Shown: positions 37,030 to 47,804, counted from the first letter of the stretch. The stretch: DNA of 64,000 bases from Waddliaceae bacterium (GCA_963771045.1 CAVYRW010000004.1:1760001-1824000); one strand, 5' to 3'. A program made the numbers and translations. Notes: generated by a model not told the origin, from the letters alone.

Positions 37030-38478
37030 ATGAAAAAAAGTCTGCACTATCCCCTGATCGTCATTGGGGCGGGCGCCGGAGGCCTTGTTCCGGCAATCGG
37101 CTGGGCCAAAGCGGGTAAAAAAGTTTTATTGATTGAAAAGGGTAATTATGGCGGCGATTGCACGAATTTCGGCTGCATTCCGAGTAAAGCGATTATTGCA
37201 GCCGCCGAAACAGCTCATGCCTTTGCCCGGGCCAAGGAGATGGGTATTGAAGCGAATATATCCTTCGACGCAAAAGGGGTTTTGACAAGGACGAAGGAGA
37301 TCGTCCGGGGCGTGCGGGAAAAAGAAGAGCCCGAAGCCCTCGCGAAGCTTGGCGTGGATACTCTGACAGGCCTTGCCTCTTTTACTGATCCTCAGACACT
37401 GGATGTGGCGACCGAAGGAGGAGCTACAATACGTGTATCGGCAGAGACCATTATATTGGCGACGGGTTCTTATCCCGCAAAACCGGACATTGAGGGAATC
37501 GACGAGGTCCCCTATTTGACCAATGAAACGGTTTTTAACCTTTCTGAAATTCCTGAGAAACTAGCCATTCTCGGGGGCGGCCCTATCGGATGCGAACTCG
37601 CCCAGGCTTTTCACCGTCTCGGTTCGAAGGTCGCGCTCATTCAGCATGCTCCCCGTCTGCTGATGAAGGAAGAGCCGGAAAGCCAGAAAGTGATTGAAGA
37701 GACGTTCAGGAAAGAGGGAATTGAACTTTTTCTGTCCCATGAGCCGAAAAAAATCGCGAAAGAAGAAGGCCGGCTGATCATTGCCTGCTGCGACAAATCC
37801 AATAATCGGGAATTGACATGCCCGGCAACCCATCTCCTTGTCGCGGCCGGCAGAAGGCCTGCTATTGAAAAGCTCAACCTGAAAGCTGCGGGAGTTGACT
37901 TCGACAAAAAGGGAATTCAAGTCGACAGATACGGCCGCACAAGCCAAAGCCGCATATGGGCTATCGGAGACTGCACCGGCCAGGCTCCATTCACCCACAT
38001 GGCCGAGCACGCCGGCAGAAGGGTTCTTTACAACCTTCTCGTTCCAAGGCTTCTCCGAAAAAAAGAAAAAGAGCCTTGGAATGTCCCGCGGGTCACCTTC
38101 ACCGATCCGGAAATTGCGGCTTTTGGTTTGCTTGAAAAAGACGCTGTGGAGAAATATGGGAAAAGCAGGCTGGCGATTTACTTCTTTCCGTTCTCAAAAT
38201 TAGACAGGGCGATAACAGCAGGGAGAACTGAAGGTTTTGTCAAAGTGATCACAAAAAAGTGGAGCAGTAAAATTATCGGAGCAACTGTTGCAGGGCCGAG
38301 AGCCGGTGAAATGATCCTCGAGCTCGAGGCAGCCATGCATGCTGGAATCCCTTTGCGCAAATTGGCCGATGTCATTCACCCCTATCCCACCTACAGCCTT
38401 GCTATCAGAAAAGCCTCCGACATGTGGCTGAACGAAACACTGCTGCCCGCACTAAAAAAAATTTCAGGAAAAAAATGA
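37030..38478 (+). CDS. Pyridine nucleotide-disulfide oxidoreductase (MerA/LpdA-like)
   Basis: GAGAGG, GGDCTNFGCIPSK, GGGPIGCELAQ, HPYPT; no C-terminal Cys-Cys pair. Confidence 0.88.
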   Translation: MKKSLHYPLIVIGAGAGGLVPAIGWAKAGKKVLLIEKGNYGGDCTNFGCIPSKAIIAAAETAHAFARAKEMGIEANISFDAKGVLTRTKEIVRGVREKEEPEALAKLGVDTLTGLASFTDPQTLDVATEGGATIRVSAETIILATGSYPAKPDIEGIDEVPYLTNETVFNLSEIPEKLAILGGGPIGCELAQAFHRLGSKVALIQHAPRLLMKEEPESQKVIEETFRKEGIELFLSHEPKKIAKEEGRLIIACCDKSNNRELTCPATHLLVAAGRRPAIEKLNLKAAGVDFDKKGIQVDRYGRTSQSRIWAIGDCTGQAPFTHMAEHAGRRVLYNLLVPRLLRKKEKEPWNVPRVTFTDPEIAAFGLLEKDAVEKYGKSRLAIYFFPFSKLDRAITAGRTEGFVKVITKKWSSKIIGATVAGPRAGEMILELEAAMHAGIPLRKLADVIHPYPTYSLAIRKASDMWLNETLLPALKKISGKK

Positions 38479-39179
38479 GAAAATATATCCACTGGCTTCC
38501 TATCATTGTTATTTTCCTGATGATGATTGCCGCTTACTTTTTGGGCGCCGCCAACTACTTCACTTATGAGATGCTCAAAGAGCGGCACATGGCCCTAGAA
38601 ACATTCGTGAAAGTGCATTATCTTGCCGCTTCGGCGATTTTTATCGGCACCTATATTGTATCCACTGCCCTATCGCTTCCGGTTGGCATTTATATCAGCC
38701 TGATCGGCGGCTTTCTCTTTGCTCAGCCCTGGAGCACTCTCTTTGTTGTTTTCGGCGCGACAATCGGGGCATGCATTTTATTCCTGGCGGCAAAAACGGC
38801 ATTAAGAGATTTGCTGACTCAAAAATATACCGGAACTCTGTCGAAAATGAAAAAGGGTTTCAACGAAAACGCCGCCAGCTATCTGCTTTTTCTCCGCCTT
38901 GTTCCCATATTCCCCTTTTGGCTTGTCAATCTGGCGTCCGCCCTATTCGGAGTGCGATTTTGGACCTTTGTCTGGACAACGGCTGTAGGCATTGTTCCCG
39001 CAGCTTTTGTTTTCACGCAGTTCGGGGCGGGACTAGGCGCTGTTTTTGAAGGAAAAAAAGAATTCTCTTTAAATAATGTCTTCAACAACGATGTGAAGAT
39101 AGCTCTTGCGGGCCTGGCGATTCTTGTGGTAATCCCTGTAGTCGTCAAAAAAATCCACAAAAGGAATAAAAATGCTTGA
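38475..39179 (+). CDS. TVP38/TMEM64 (DedA/VTT) family membrane protein
   Basis: ALSLPVG..ISLIGGFLF, GATIGA, YLLFLRLVPIFPFWLVNL. Confidence 0.88.
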   Translation: MRKYIHWLPIIVIFLMMIAAYFLGAANYFTYEMLKERHMALETFVKVHYLAASAIFIGTYIVSTALSLPVGIYISLIGGFLFAQPWSTLFVVFGATIGACILFLAAKTALRDLLTQKYTGTLSKMKKGFNENAASYLLFLRLVPIFPFWLVNLASALFGVRFWTFVWTTAVGIVPAAFVFTQFGAGLGAVFEGKKEFSLNNVFNNDVKIALAGLAILVVIPVVVKKIHKRNKNA

Positions 39180-39786
39180 GCATTACTTAAGACCGCGGAT
39201 GGAACCTCTATTTTTTCATCCCCTCGCAAAACTCGTAGGCCGAACAAAAGCGGCTCCTTCTTTAGTCACTCTCTTCAGCCTCGCCTGCGGCATTGCAATT
39301 ATCCCTTGCATGCTGTTTCGTTTCCCCGCCGCGGCAATCGGCATGCTTTGGCTCTCGGGACTTGCCGACGTTATCGATGGATCTTTGGCAAGGCTGTCGA
39401 ATCAAACGACCCCTTTTGGAACGATTCTTGACATTGTCTCCGACCGCATCGTCGAGTTTTCCGTCGTCCTGGCTCTTTTTCTCATCGATCCTGATAGAGC
39501 TTTAGTGTGCCTAATGATGCTGGGGAGCATACTCGTCTGCGTCACTTCTTTTTTAGTTTGCGGCATTATCTACGAAAAAAACGGCGCGAAAAGCTTCTAC
39601 TACAGTCCCGGCCTTATGGAAAGAGCTGAGGCGTTCATTTTCTTTACCCTGATGATTCTCTTTCCGAAGGCTTTTCCTTTTTGGGGATGGGCTTTTGTAT
39701 TTCTTGTTTTTCTGACTGCCCTGTTCCACATAGCCGCCTTTTGCAAGGCGGCTCATTGTAGTTCAACGCCGCGGCCATCGGCTTAG
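39172..39786 (+). CDS. CDP-alcohol phosphatidyltransferase family (YnjF-like)
   Basis: DVIDGSLAR...G.ILDIVSDR; KSFYYSPGLMERAE. Confidence 0.88.
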   Translation: MLEHYLRPRMEPLFFHPLAKLVGRTKAAPSLVTLFSLACGIAIIPCMLFRFPAAAIGMLWLSGLADVIDGSLARLSNQTTPFGTILDIVSDRIVEFSVVLALFLIDPDRALVCLMMLGSILVCVTSFLVCGIIYEKNGAKSFYYSPGLMERAEAFIFFTLMILFPKAFPFWGWAFVFLVFLTALFHIAAFCKAAHCSSTPRPSA

Positions 39787-40262
39787 GCCGGCCCAACCTC
39801 CACAGCAGCGGCTGAGTCGTGAAAAACCGGTAAAAAGGAGAAGAACCCTAAAAAAATTCATGAAACTCCTTTTTTAGCAGCCAGTTTGAACAGGCGATCG
39901 GCTTCTTTGGTGTCTTTTTCGACTCCATCTCCATCTTTATAATACATTGCCAAATTGTATTGCGCTGCGGCACTTCCCTGATTAGCAGCTAGTTTATAGT
40001 ATTTAATGGCTTTTAGGAGATTTTTTGGGACGCCTTCTCCTCTTGCATAACACATGCCCAAATTATTTAACCCCGGGGTATATCCCAGATCGGCGGCTAG
40101 CTCATAGTATTTAAAAGCTTTCCGGGGATTTCTCTTGACTCCTTTTCCTTTTTCAAGTTGAGTTAAGAACTTTCGCTCATTTTGAGTTAAATCATTTTTA
40201 TCTTTAAGAGCGTTTATGAAGTCATGAAAAAAATAAACGCAGTACTTGTTGTACTGATTACC

Positions 40263-41463
40263 CTCTGTACTGGACAAAAAATTATTTCACACATGACAAC
40301 CTCCTCTTTCTAAGCAGGCTAAAGGCCACAGTATCTGTTTGATTTCATTAATATTAGACCCGAGATTCATGAGAGCCCTCCGAATTATATCCAGTCCCAG
40401 TCGAAATTTGCTTTTACTCTTTCTCCCATGGGATTTCTTCCGAATGGGGGTGATCTTGGACTGGATTTCACCCGTTCTATAGGCCCAGCAGAAGGCGATA
40501 GCCAAGACAAAGAGGATTTTCTCGATCTTATCTGGATCGGTTACATGAGTATCCTCCATGCGAAAGCCGCGACTTTTAAGACACCCAAAAAGCGTCTCTA
40601 TTTCCCATCGCCTTTTGTAGACCGCTAACGCATCTTCAAAGTCATGATTCGAAACCACAATCATGGGCTCTTTCGAACCTTTTTTGCCTTTCCGAAAGGA
40701 TAAATACAGCTGCAGCCCCCATAGCTCTACCGGGACATTGAGGACTTTTTTTCTTCTTCCATAGCGTTTCAGGATTTGATGAATGGAAATCGATTCATCA
40801 GAGTCTAGCTCGAAAATCTTATACGAGCCCTTCACACGAATAACGAATGGAATACGTGCGTCTATCAAGAAAAGAAACCAATCTTCGCCAATAAATTCTC
40901 GATCAGCAGTAAAAGCTTCGATTTTCTCGGGTGAAAACTTTTTGAGAGTGCGCTTGAGCAGCGACACTCGGTCGTGTGTGGATGAGTTACCTTCCAAGTC
41001 TAATACAGACCAGAAAAAAGGGATGCTGATCCCTTTATAGGCGATTGAGAGCATCAATATGTTAATCGGGGTCTTGCCCCACTTCCAGTTCGTCCGATCA
41101 AGGATGAGCGTACATTTCTGATCCAGGGGAAACAATTTAAGGATGAAAGGGGCTATACAACTGAAGTCAAATGAGAAGTCAGTAAAGAATCTGCATATCC
41201 TGCGATAAGCAGACTCTTCTTTACAATCTGTTTGGAATGCCGTCGCGATTTGTGCCAGGTTGATGGTCCGCACGCAAAACAGAGCTTGGACGATGTGGGT
41301 CAAGCAAGTGATTCTGGCCTTGTTCCAATTGAAAAAATTGGCTAGAATGGTTCTTAGTTCGCTGATGTGATTCATAAATGTACCTCGCTAGATTTGGTTT
41401 TCAACGAGTTACAATCTCATCAGCGACATTTTTTTATCAAATCATTTTTTGTCCAGTACAGAG
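40263..41463 (-). mobile_element. IS4-family insertion sequence, apparently intact
   Basis: 20-bp perfect TIR CTCTGTACTGGACAAAAAAT; 9-bp TSD CTGATTACC (40254-40262 and 41464-41472). Confidence 0.93.
40287..41375 (-). CDS. IS4-family DDE transposase
   Basis: LILDRTNW, ADREFIG, YKRRWEIETLF..LKSRGF. Confidence 0.92.
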   Translation of the reverse strand: MNHISELRTILANFFNWNKARITCLTHIVQALFCVRTINLAQIATAFQTDCKEESAYRRICRFFTDFSFDFSCIAPFILKLFPLDQKCTLILDRTNWKWGKTPINILMLSIAYKGISIPFFWSVLDLEGNSSTHDRVSLLKRTLKKFSPEKIEAFTADREFIGEDWFLFLIDARIPFVIRVKGSYKIFELDSDESISIHQILKRYGRRKKVLNVPVELWGLQLYLSFRKGKKGSKEPMIVVSNHDFEDALAVYKRRWEIETLFGCLKSRGFRMEDTHVTDPDKIEKILFVLAIAFCWAYRTGEIQSKITPIRKKSHGRKSKSKFRLGLDIIRRALMNLGSNINEIKQILWPLACLERGGCHV

Positions 41464-41768
41464 CTGATTACCACTTGAGCTAATATGATATTTTTTTTTT
41501 AAAATTCGATATAAGCATCTCGAATTTGATCGGTTTTCAGATAAGTCATGACTTTTATAAACATTAAATCCACCCTTTGATAGGGAAGATAAATCTTTTC
41601 CAAAAATTTCAGCGCTTCTTTAGGCTTACTATCCAGATATAATCTTTGAGCAGCGAAGGCATAATAACGCCACCGCCCTTTTTTTCGGAGCTTGGTCGTA
41701 CGCATGCTTAATTGTATCAATACGCCTAGGGTCAATCACAAAAAACTCCCGCTCATGGTATGGATAGG

Positions 41769-43595
41769 CTATTCCACAGTGACGGATTTGGCGAGGTTGC
41801 GGGGCTGGTCGATTTCGCAGCCGCGCTCAAGAGCCGAGTAGTAAGCGAAGAGCTGGCAGGCGACAGCTGCGGGTATGACGGCCAGTTCATCAATCGTTTG
41901 AGGAACAGCAATGATGTCATCGGCCACTTCTTCAATCCCTTCCATACCCTCTTCGCAAATCGCGATAACCGGACCGCTTCTGGCTCTCACTTCCATCAGA
42001 TTGCTTAGCATTTTTTCCAGCGTGAATTTGTCACTGCAAAGCGCCGTTGTGAGGCAGTCGGGATTGATCAGGGCGATCGGACCGTGCTTCATCTCGCCGG
42101 CAGGATAGCCGTTGGCGTTGACATAGGCGATTTCTTTGAGTTTAAGCGCCCCTTCCAAGGCTCCGGGGAGCATATAACGCCTTCCTAAAAAGAAAAAGTT
42201 GTTTAAGTTCTTATATTTCTTGGCAATCTGATGGATTTGTTCGGACTTGCTGAGTACGGCTTCGACTTGATCGGGAATTTTTTTCAAATGCTTGAGGAAC
42301 TCCCGCCCGTCTTCCTTTGTCATATTCCGCATTCTGGCAAGCATGAGGGTAAAAAGGGAAATCACAGCCACCTGGCTGGTAAAAGCTTTAGTCGAACAGA
42401 CTCCGATTTCCACTCCCGCCCTGAGATAAAGGCAGCTGTCGGCCTCCCGGGCAATCGAAGAGTCGTGAACGTTGCAAACGGCCAACACCGTGGCCCCTTT
42501 GGCTTTCAGCTCCCGAAAAGCAGCTAGCGTATCGGCCGTCTCCCCCGACTGGCTGATGGCGATGACGAGTGTGCCATTTGGAACAATGGGATTCTTATAC
42601 CGGTATTCCGACGAGATTTCCACTTGGGTGGGGATGCGGGCAATTTCTTCGAGCATATATTCGCCGATAAAACCCGCGTAATAGGAGGTGCCGCAAGCCA
42701 AAATGATGATACGCTCGACAGAGAGAAGTTTCGACATGTCGATATGAAGGGAGTCAAACTGCGCTGTTCCATACTCTTCGATGCACCTGCCCGCAAGAGC
42801 CGACCGAAGAGCCTGGGGCTGTTCAAAAATCTCTTTAAGAGTATAGTGTTCAAAATTTCCAAGAGACACTTCTTCTGCGGCTCCGATCAACTCTTTTGTC
42901 TCTTTTGAAATCTGGTTCGAAGACGAATCGTAGATCCTGTATCCGTCTTGTTTGACGACAGCCACTTCGCTGTTTTCCAAAAAAACAACTTTGTGGGCAT
43001 CTCCTCCAAAGGCGTGGAGGTCCGAGGCGACAAACATCTCTTTGTTTCCAATGCCAATCGCAAGAGGCGACTGATGCCCGATGCCGATAATTTGATCGGG
43101 ATGATCTTTATGGATCAGCGCAATAGAGTAAGATCCTTTTAGTAGAGGCAGCGCCTTTTGAACGGCCAGCAAAATATCGCCTGAATAAAAATCGGCGATC
43201 AAATGGACAATCACTTCTGTATCGGTTTCGGAAACAAAAACCACGCCTTTTTTCTTGAGCATATTCCGCAGACTGGAATGATTTTCGATAATTCCGTTGT
43301 GCACAAGAGCCAAAGACCCACTGCTGTCTAAATGGGGGTGGGCATTTTCTTTGGAAGGCTTTCCATGCGTGGCCCAGCGGGTTTGAGCGATCGCGATATC
43401 CAGCGACATTTTGCTTTGCCGCACTTCTTTTTCCAATTCGGAAATCTTGCCGATCTGTTTGCAATAAAGAAGCTTGCCGCCGTGGATTCCCGCAATCCCC
43501 GAAGAATCGTACCCTCGATACTCAAGCCGCTTAACGCCTGCTAAAGTAATGTCTACGACGTTTCTGGGACCAACGTATCCAAAGATTCCGCACAT
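41769..43595 (-). CDS. glmS: Glutamine-fructose-6-phosphate transaminase
   Basis: MCGIFG, LEYRGYDS, TRWATHG, SQSGETADT, PRNLAKSVTVE. Confidence 0.97.
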   Translation of the reverse strand: MCGIFGYVGPRNVVDITLAGVKRLEYRGYDSSGIAGIHGGKLLYCKQIGKISELEKEVRQSKMSLDIAIAQTRWATHGKPSKENAHPHLDSSGSLALVHNGIIENHSSLRNMLKKKGVVFVSETDTEVIVHLIADFYSGDILLAVQKALPLLKGSYSIALIHKDHPDQIIGIGHQSPLAIGIGNKEMFVASDLHAFGGDAHKVVFLENSEVAVVKQDGYRIYDSSSNQISKETKELIGAAEEVSLGNFEHYTLKEIFEQPQALRSALAGRCIEEYGTAQFDSLHIDMSKLLSVERIIILACGTSYYAGFIGEYMLEEIARIPTQVEISSEYRYKNPIVPNGTLVIAISQSGETADTLAAFRELKAKGATVLAVCNVHDSSIAREADSCLYLRAGVEIGVCSTKAFTSQVAVISLFTLMLARMRNMTKEDGREFLKHLKKIPDQVEAVLSKSEQIHQIAKKYKNLNNFFFLGRRYMLPGALEGALKLKEIAYVNANGYPAGEMKHGPIALINPDCLTTALCSDKFTLEKMLSNLMEVRARSGPVIAICEEGMEGIEEVADDIIAVPQTIDELAVIPAAVACQLFAYYSALERGCEIDQPRNLAKSVTVE

Positions 43596-44971
43596 TATGA
43601 ATGTTTTCCTATTGATTTTTCGACGCTATGAGCAATGCTTGCCACATGTTTTTCAACAATTTTGCCAACAGGCCCCTCAACCATAACGCGGCAAATATTT
43701 TCCGTTCCCGAATAACGGACCAGCACCCTTCCATTGCCCGCGAGTTCTTTTTCTACACGTTCAATTTCCCGCTGCACATCTTTCAATTTTTCCAAAGGAG
43801 GCTTTGAGGAGATCTCGACATTTGCCAAATGCTGGGGATGCAATTTAACCTGCTGCTTCAATTCTGAGAGAGGCACCTCCTTTTCAATCATGATGCTTAG
43901 TACCTGAAGCGCAGCAATCAAAGCGTCCCCTGTTGTGTTGTGCTCAAGGCAGATGATGTGCCCGCTTTGTTCGCCCCCTAAAATGGCATCGCTGCCCTGC
44001 ATGTCCTGAATCACATAGCGGTCCCCGACTTTTGACTGGATCACATCGATTCCCGCCTCCTTCAACGAACGGATCAAACCGAAGTTACTCATCACTGTTG
44101 TCACCACCCGGTTATTCTTGAGCAGCCCTTTTTCTTTGAGATCCAAGGCAAGGATGCCTAAAATCACATCCCCGTCGACAATTTGGGCTTTTTCATCCAC
44201 CAAAATCACCCGGTCGCCGTCGCCATCGAGAGCAATTCCCACATGAGCGTGATGATCGATAACTCTTTTTTGCACCAGTTCCAGATGGAGCGATCCGCAG
44301 CCCAGATTAATATTCAGACCATTAGGTTCGATGCCGTAAGAATGAATTTCGGCTCCGAGTTCCCAAAATACATGAGGCGCAATTCGGTAGCTCGCTCCGT
44401 TGGAACAATCCAGAACAATCCTCATATTATTGAGCGTCATCTGCTTGGGAAACGTCGATTTCACAAACTCCGTGTACCTTCCATCAGCGTCGCGCACCTT
44501 GGCATTCCTGCCGATATCCTGATCCGTAGGCAGATCGCTGTCAAAATTATTCCTGTAAACAATCTCTTCGATTTCTTTTTCGATTTTGTCGGCAAGCTTG
44601 AAACCCTCCGAAGAAAAGAATTTGATCCCATTGTCGTAGAAAGGATTATGCGAGGCGGAAATCACAATGCCTGCATCGGCCCGGTAGGCCCTTGTGATAA
44701 ACGCCACCCCCGGCGTCGGGAAAGGGCCCAGCATCAGCGTATCAACGCCCATAGAGCAGAGTCCGGAGATCAAGGCATTTTCAAACATATAACACGAAAG
44801 CCTGGTATCCTTTCCGATCACGACTCTATGCCTTCCGTCATGACGGCGGAAGATCCTCCCCGCGGCTCTGCCGAGAGCCAGCGCCACTTCGACCGTCATA
44901 GGAAAGTAATTCGCCTTTCCTCTGACACCGTCGGTTCCGAAAATTCTAACTTTTTCCTTTCCACGCCTCAT
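43595..44971 (-). CDS. glmM: Phosphoglucosamine mutase
   Basis: FGTDGVRG, GKDTRLS, ISASHNP, DGDGDR, GGEQSGH, RYSGTE. Confidence 0.95.
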   Translation of the reverse strand: MRRGKEKVRIFGTDGVRGKANYFPMTVEVALALGRAAGRIFRRHDGRHRVVIGKDTRLSCYMFENALISGLCSMGVDTLMLGPFPTPGVAFITRAYRADAGIVISASHNPFYDNGIKFFSSEGFKLADKIEKEIEEIVYRNNFDSDLPTDQDIGRNAKVRDADGRYTEFVKSTFPKQMTLNNMRIVLDCSNGASYRIAPHVFWELGAEIHSYGIEPNGLNINLGCGSLHLELVQKRVIDHHAHVGIALDGDGDRVILVDEKAQIVDGDVILGILALDLKEKGLLKNNRVVTTVMSNFGLIRSLKEAGIDVIQSKVGDRYVIQDMQGSDAILGGEQSGHIICLEHNTTGDALIAALQVLSIMIEKEVPLSELKQQVKLHPQHLANVEISSKPPLEKLKDVQREIERVEKELAGNGRVLVRYSGTENICRVMVEGPVGKIVEKHVASIAHSVEKSIGKHS

Positions 44972-45095
44972 ATATTCTTTAAAATTAATGGATATCCTTC
45001 TCATAATCAAGGAAAATTTAAGCTAAGATCCTGATTTGACTTTATACTCATTTTCCTTTAAATTAAGGGGTTTGTAAGGAGAAGAAGCCCCTCAC

Positions 45096-46358
45096 GTGGA
45101 ACCGAACATTTATTTATTTGAAGATCATGGCATAAATCACCACTTCATCGATCCGGACGCTTTATTTATCGTCAACAGACTGAGAGACTCAGGTTTTACC
45201 GCATACCTTGTCGGCGGATGCGTCCGCGATATCCTCGTCAATGAAAAACCGAAAGATTTTGATATTTCCACATCGGCGCTGCCCGAACAACTCAAGCAGA
45301 TTTTTAAGAAAAACTGCCTGCTTATCGGCCGCCGCTTCCGCCTGGCCCATATCAGATTCGGAAAAAAAGTTTTTGAGGTCTCCACTTTCCGCGCAGGAAA
45401 TATCGAAGAGAGCGAACTCATCGTGCGCGACAACGAATGGGGAACACCGAAAGAAGACGCGATCCGAAGGGATTTTAGCATCAACGGCCTTTTTTACGAC
45501 CCCTACCACCAGACCGTCATCGATTATGTCAACGGCTGGGAAGACCTGAAACAGGGCATTATACGCTCCATCGGCAATCCCGATACACGCTTTAAGCAAG
45601 ATCCGGTCAGAATGATACGCCTTTTGAAGTTCCAGGCGCGATTTGACTGGAAAATCGACCCTGAATGCCTTAAAGCTCTGGAAAATTGCCGCGAGGACAT
45701 CAAAAAAAGCGCCCCCGCGCGTATTTTGGAAGAACTGCTGAGAATGCTTGAATCGGGACATGCCGCCGAATTTATCCGGCTTTTGTCCGAGCATGAAATG
45801 CTGGGACTTCTTATCCCGAAACTCGAAGAGTTCCTCAAAAGCCCTGAGGGACAGCAGGTTTTCAATTATCTCGAAACCATTGACGAAATCCATCGCCGCA
45901 ATCCAAAGGTCAAACTCAAACGCTCCCTTCTCATCGGATGCCTGATTTTTCCTTTTGTCCAAAAAGACGTCGAAGAGAGGTTTTTGAAGTCGGGAAAAAC
46001 CCCAAATCTCGGCGAACTGACGATACTTGTCGGTTCTTCAATTCGGGAATTCATGGCTTTGAGCTTTACCCATTTTCCGAAAAAACTGTCGGCTGCCGCG
46101 ACTTATATCATCACAACCCAATACAGGCTGACTCCTCTGGAAAAGAAAAAAAAGACTAGGTTCAAATTCCTTCATGACAAGGATTTTCCTCTTGCGTTAA
46201 AGTTCCTAAAGATTCGGGTCCTCATCGACGAAGAGCTTGCCGAAATCTATTTCAATTGGGAAAATATGGTTAAAAAGATAAAGCACCACCATCCCGAAAG
46301 AAAAACCAAATATGCGTCCAGACAGAGAGGAAAAAAAAGTGACCGAAGATCAAATTGA
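45096..46358 (+). CDS. pcnB: Poly(A) polymerase-family nucleotidyltransferase
   Basis: YLVGGCVRD, PKDFDIST, LIGRRFRLAHI, RRDFSINGL, QDPVRMIR. Confidence 0.9.
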   Translation: MEPNIYLFEDHGINHHFIDPDALFIVNRLRDSGFTAYLVGGCVRDILVNEKPKDFDISTSALPEQLKQIFKKNCLLIGRRFRLAHIRFGKKVFEVSTFRAGNIEESELIVRDNEWGTPKEDAIRRDFSINGLFYDPYHQTVIDYVNGWEDLKQGIIRSIGNPDTRFKQDPVRMIRLLKFQARFDWKIDPECLKALENCREDIKKSAPARILEELLRMLESGHAAEFIRLLSEHEMLGLLIPKLEEFLKSPEGQQVFNYLETIDEIHRRNPKVKLKRSLLIGCLIFPFVQKDVEERFLKSGKTPNLGELTILVGSSIREFMALSFTHFPKKLSAAATYIITTQYRLTPLEKKKKTRFKFLHDKDFPLALKFLKIRVLIDEELAEIYFNWENMVKKIKHHHPERKTKYASRQRGKKSDRRSN

Positions 46359-47100
46359 ACTGGAAACCGGCCAAACGTTTTATTTTGCCGGCCCCCCTCT
46401 TGAGCGCGGCCCTCTGCCTGCTTTTTTTTATTTTTCTTTATCCGGCCAAGACAGTCTAAACCTGGAACCCTATAACCAGCCTGCCGCCTATGCTGCAAGT
46501 GAAAGTTTAAGAGTTTTCTCCACAAGCCTCCCCTTCCACGACGATTACGATAAAAAAGAGGTGATGAGCAAATGGGCCGAAGAGATTGCAAGCAATCGCG
46601 ACTTCCTCACTCCTTTTCTTGATAAGACCCATCAATCACTTCTTAAACTGATAGAGATGAGCACAGTCGACCCTGCGCATTTAGCTGTCGGGGGTCTTTC
46701 CCGCGGAAGTTTAATCGCCGCCCATTTAGCGGCGAGAGAAAAACAGATCCATTCCGCCGTACTGTTCGCTCCCCTCACAAGGCTGAAAGGGTCGGCCAGC
46801 TTTTCCCATTTGAATGAAAGCCCCATAATGGAAAACCAAAGCCTTTTTTCTCTCATTCCCAAACTGCGCCGCACAAACATCCGGATCTACATAGGAAACC
46901 GGGATGTCATGGTAGGAACGTCCAACGCCTACGATTTCATCAGGCAATTGACCGACGAGGCCTTTGAGGCGGGAGTTCGATCCCCGCCAGCAGAACTCAT
47001 TATCAGCCCTTCAATCGGATATAAAGGGCATGGCACCCCCTCCCATATCTTTGAAGAGGGGGCCGGGTGGATCGCAGCAAAACTAGAAGGAAAAGCATGA
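46339..47100 (+). CDS. Alpha/beta hydrolase
   Basis: GGLSRGS nucleophile elbow, IGNRD, GYKGHGT. GTG start at 46339. Confidence 0.75.
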   Translation: MTEDQIELETGQTFYFAGPPLERGPLPAFFYFSLSGQDSLNLEPYNQPAAYAASESLRVFSTSLPFHDDYDKKEVMSKWAEEIASNRDFLTPFLDKTHQSLLKLIEMSTVDPAHLAVGGLSRGSLIAAHLAAREKQIHSAVLFAPLTRLKGSASFSHLNESPIMENQSLFSLIPKLRRTNIRIYIGNRDVMVGTSNAYDFIRQLTDEAFEAGVRSPPAELIISPSIGYKGHGTPSHIFEEGAGWIAAKLEGKA

Positions 47101-47804
47101 AATATTCACTTGTCATCCCATTAAAAGACGAAGAGAGCAATATTGAAGAACTGGTTGCCGAAATCGAACCTGTCATGGAAAGTTTAAGCCAGCCGTGGGA
47201 GATGATTTGCATTGACGACGGGTCGAAAGACAAAACGCTGCCTCTTTTGGAGCGGCTCCAACAGACAAGACCCCATCTGCAGATACTCTCTTTTGACCAA
47301 AACTACGGCCAGACAAGCGCTTTCGACGCCGGTTTCCGGAAGGCAAGAGGCGAATTTGTCATCACCTTGGATGGAGACCGCCAAAACGATCCCGCCGATA
47401 TTCCCCTCCTCATTTCATCAATGAACGGCTTTGATCTGATTTGCGGACAACGGGTCGCAAGAAAAGATCCCTTGACGAAAAAAATCATCTCGACCATCGC
47501 CAACTCTGTCAGAAGCCGGATGTGCAAAGACGGCATCTCGGATACAGGCTGCTCACTCAAGATTTACCGCAGCTGCTGCTTAAAAGAAATTCCTCTTTAT
47601 GAAGGGATGCACCGATTTCTACCGGCGCTGTTTCTCATTTACGGCTTCAAAGTAGGAGAGGTCCCAGTAAGCCACCGAGAAAGGACTCAAGGGCTGACGA
47701 AATACAATATTTTTAATCGCTCGCTCAATACCATTTTCGATATGTTCGCCGTCCGCTGGATGGCCAAGAGACATCTCGGATACAAAATCAAAGACGCCTC
47801 ATGA
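47097..47804 (+). CDS. GT2 polyprenol-phosphate glycosyltransferase (DPM/ArnC-like)
   Basis: YSLVIP, IDDGSKD, NYGQTSA, TLDGDRQNDPAD, DTGCSLK, GMHRFLPAL. Confidence 0.9.
   Translation: MKYSLVIPLKDEESNIEELVAEIEPVMESLSQPWEMICIDDGSKDKTLPLLERLQQTRPHLQILSFDQNYGQTSAFDAGFRKARGEFVITLDGDRQNDPADIPLLISSMNGFDLICGQRVARKDPLTKKIISTIANSVRSRMCKDGISDTGCSLKIYRSCCLKEIPLYEGMHRFLPALFLIYGFKVGEVPVSHRERTQGLTKYNIFNRSLNTIFDMFAVRWMAKRHLGYKIKDAS

Larger units (their letters stand above)
39858..41756 (-). pseudogene. Sel1-repeat gene interrupted by IS4
   Basis: Sel1 repeats (AFKYYELAADLG, NLGMCYARGEGV, AQYNLAMYY.DGDGV) at 39858-40262; 5' fragment at 41464-41756 with further frameshifts. Confidence 0.7.

Noticed and set aside
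37030..38478. Mercuric reductase (merA) call
   Set aside because: No C-terminal Cys-Cys, no NmerA domain and no mer genes nearby.
44183..45962. Long antisense ORFs 44183..45034 and 45189..45962
   Set aside because: Opposite-strand shadows of glmM and pcnB.
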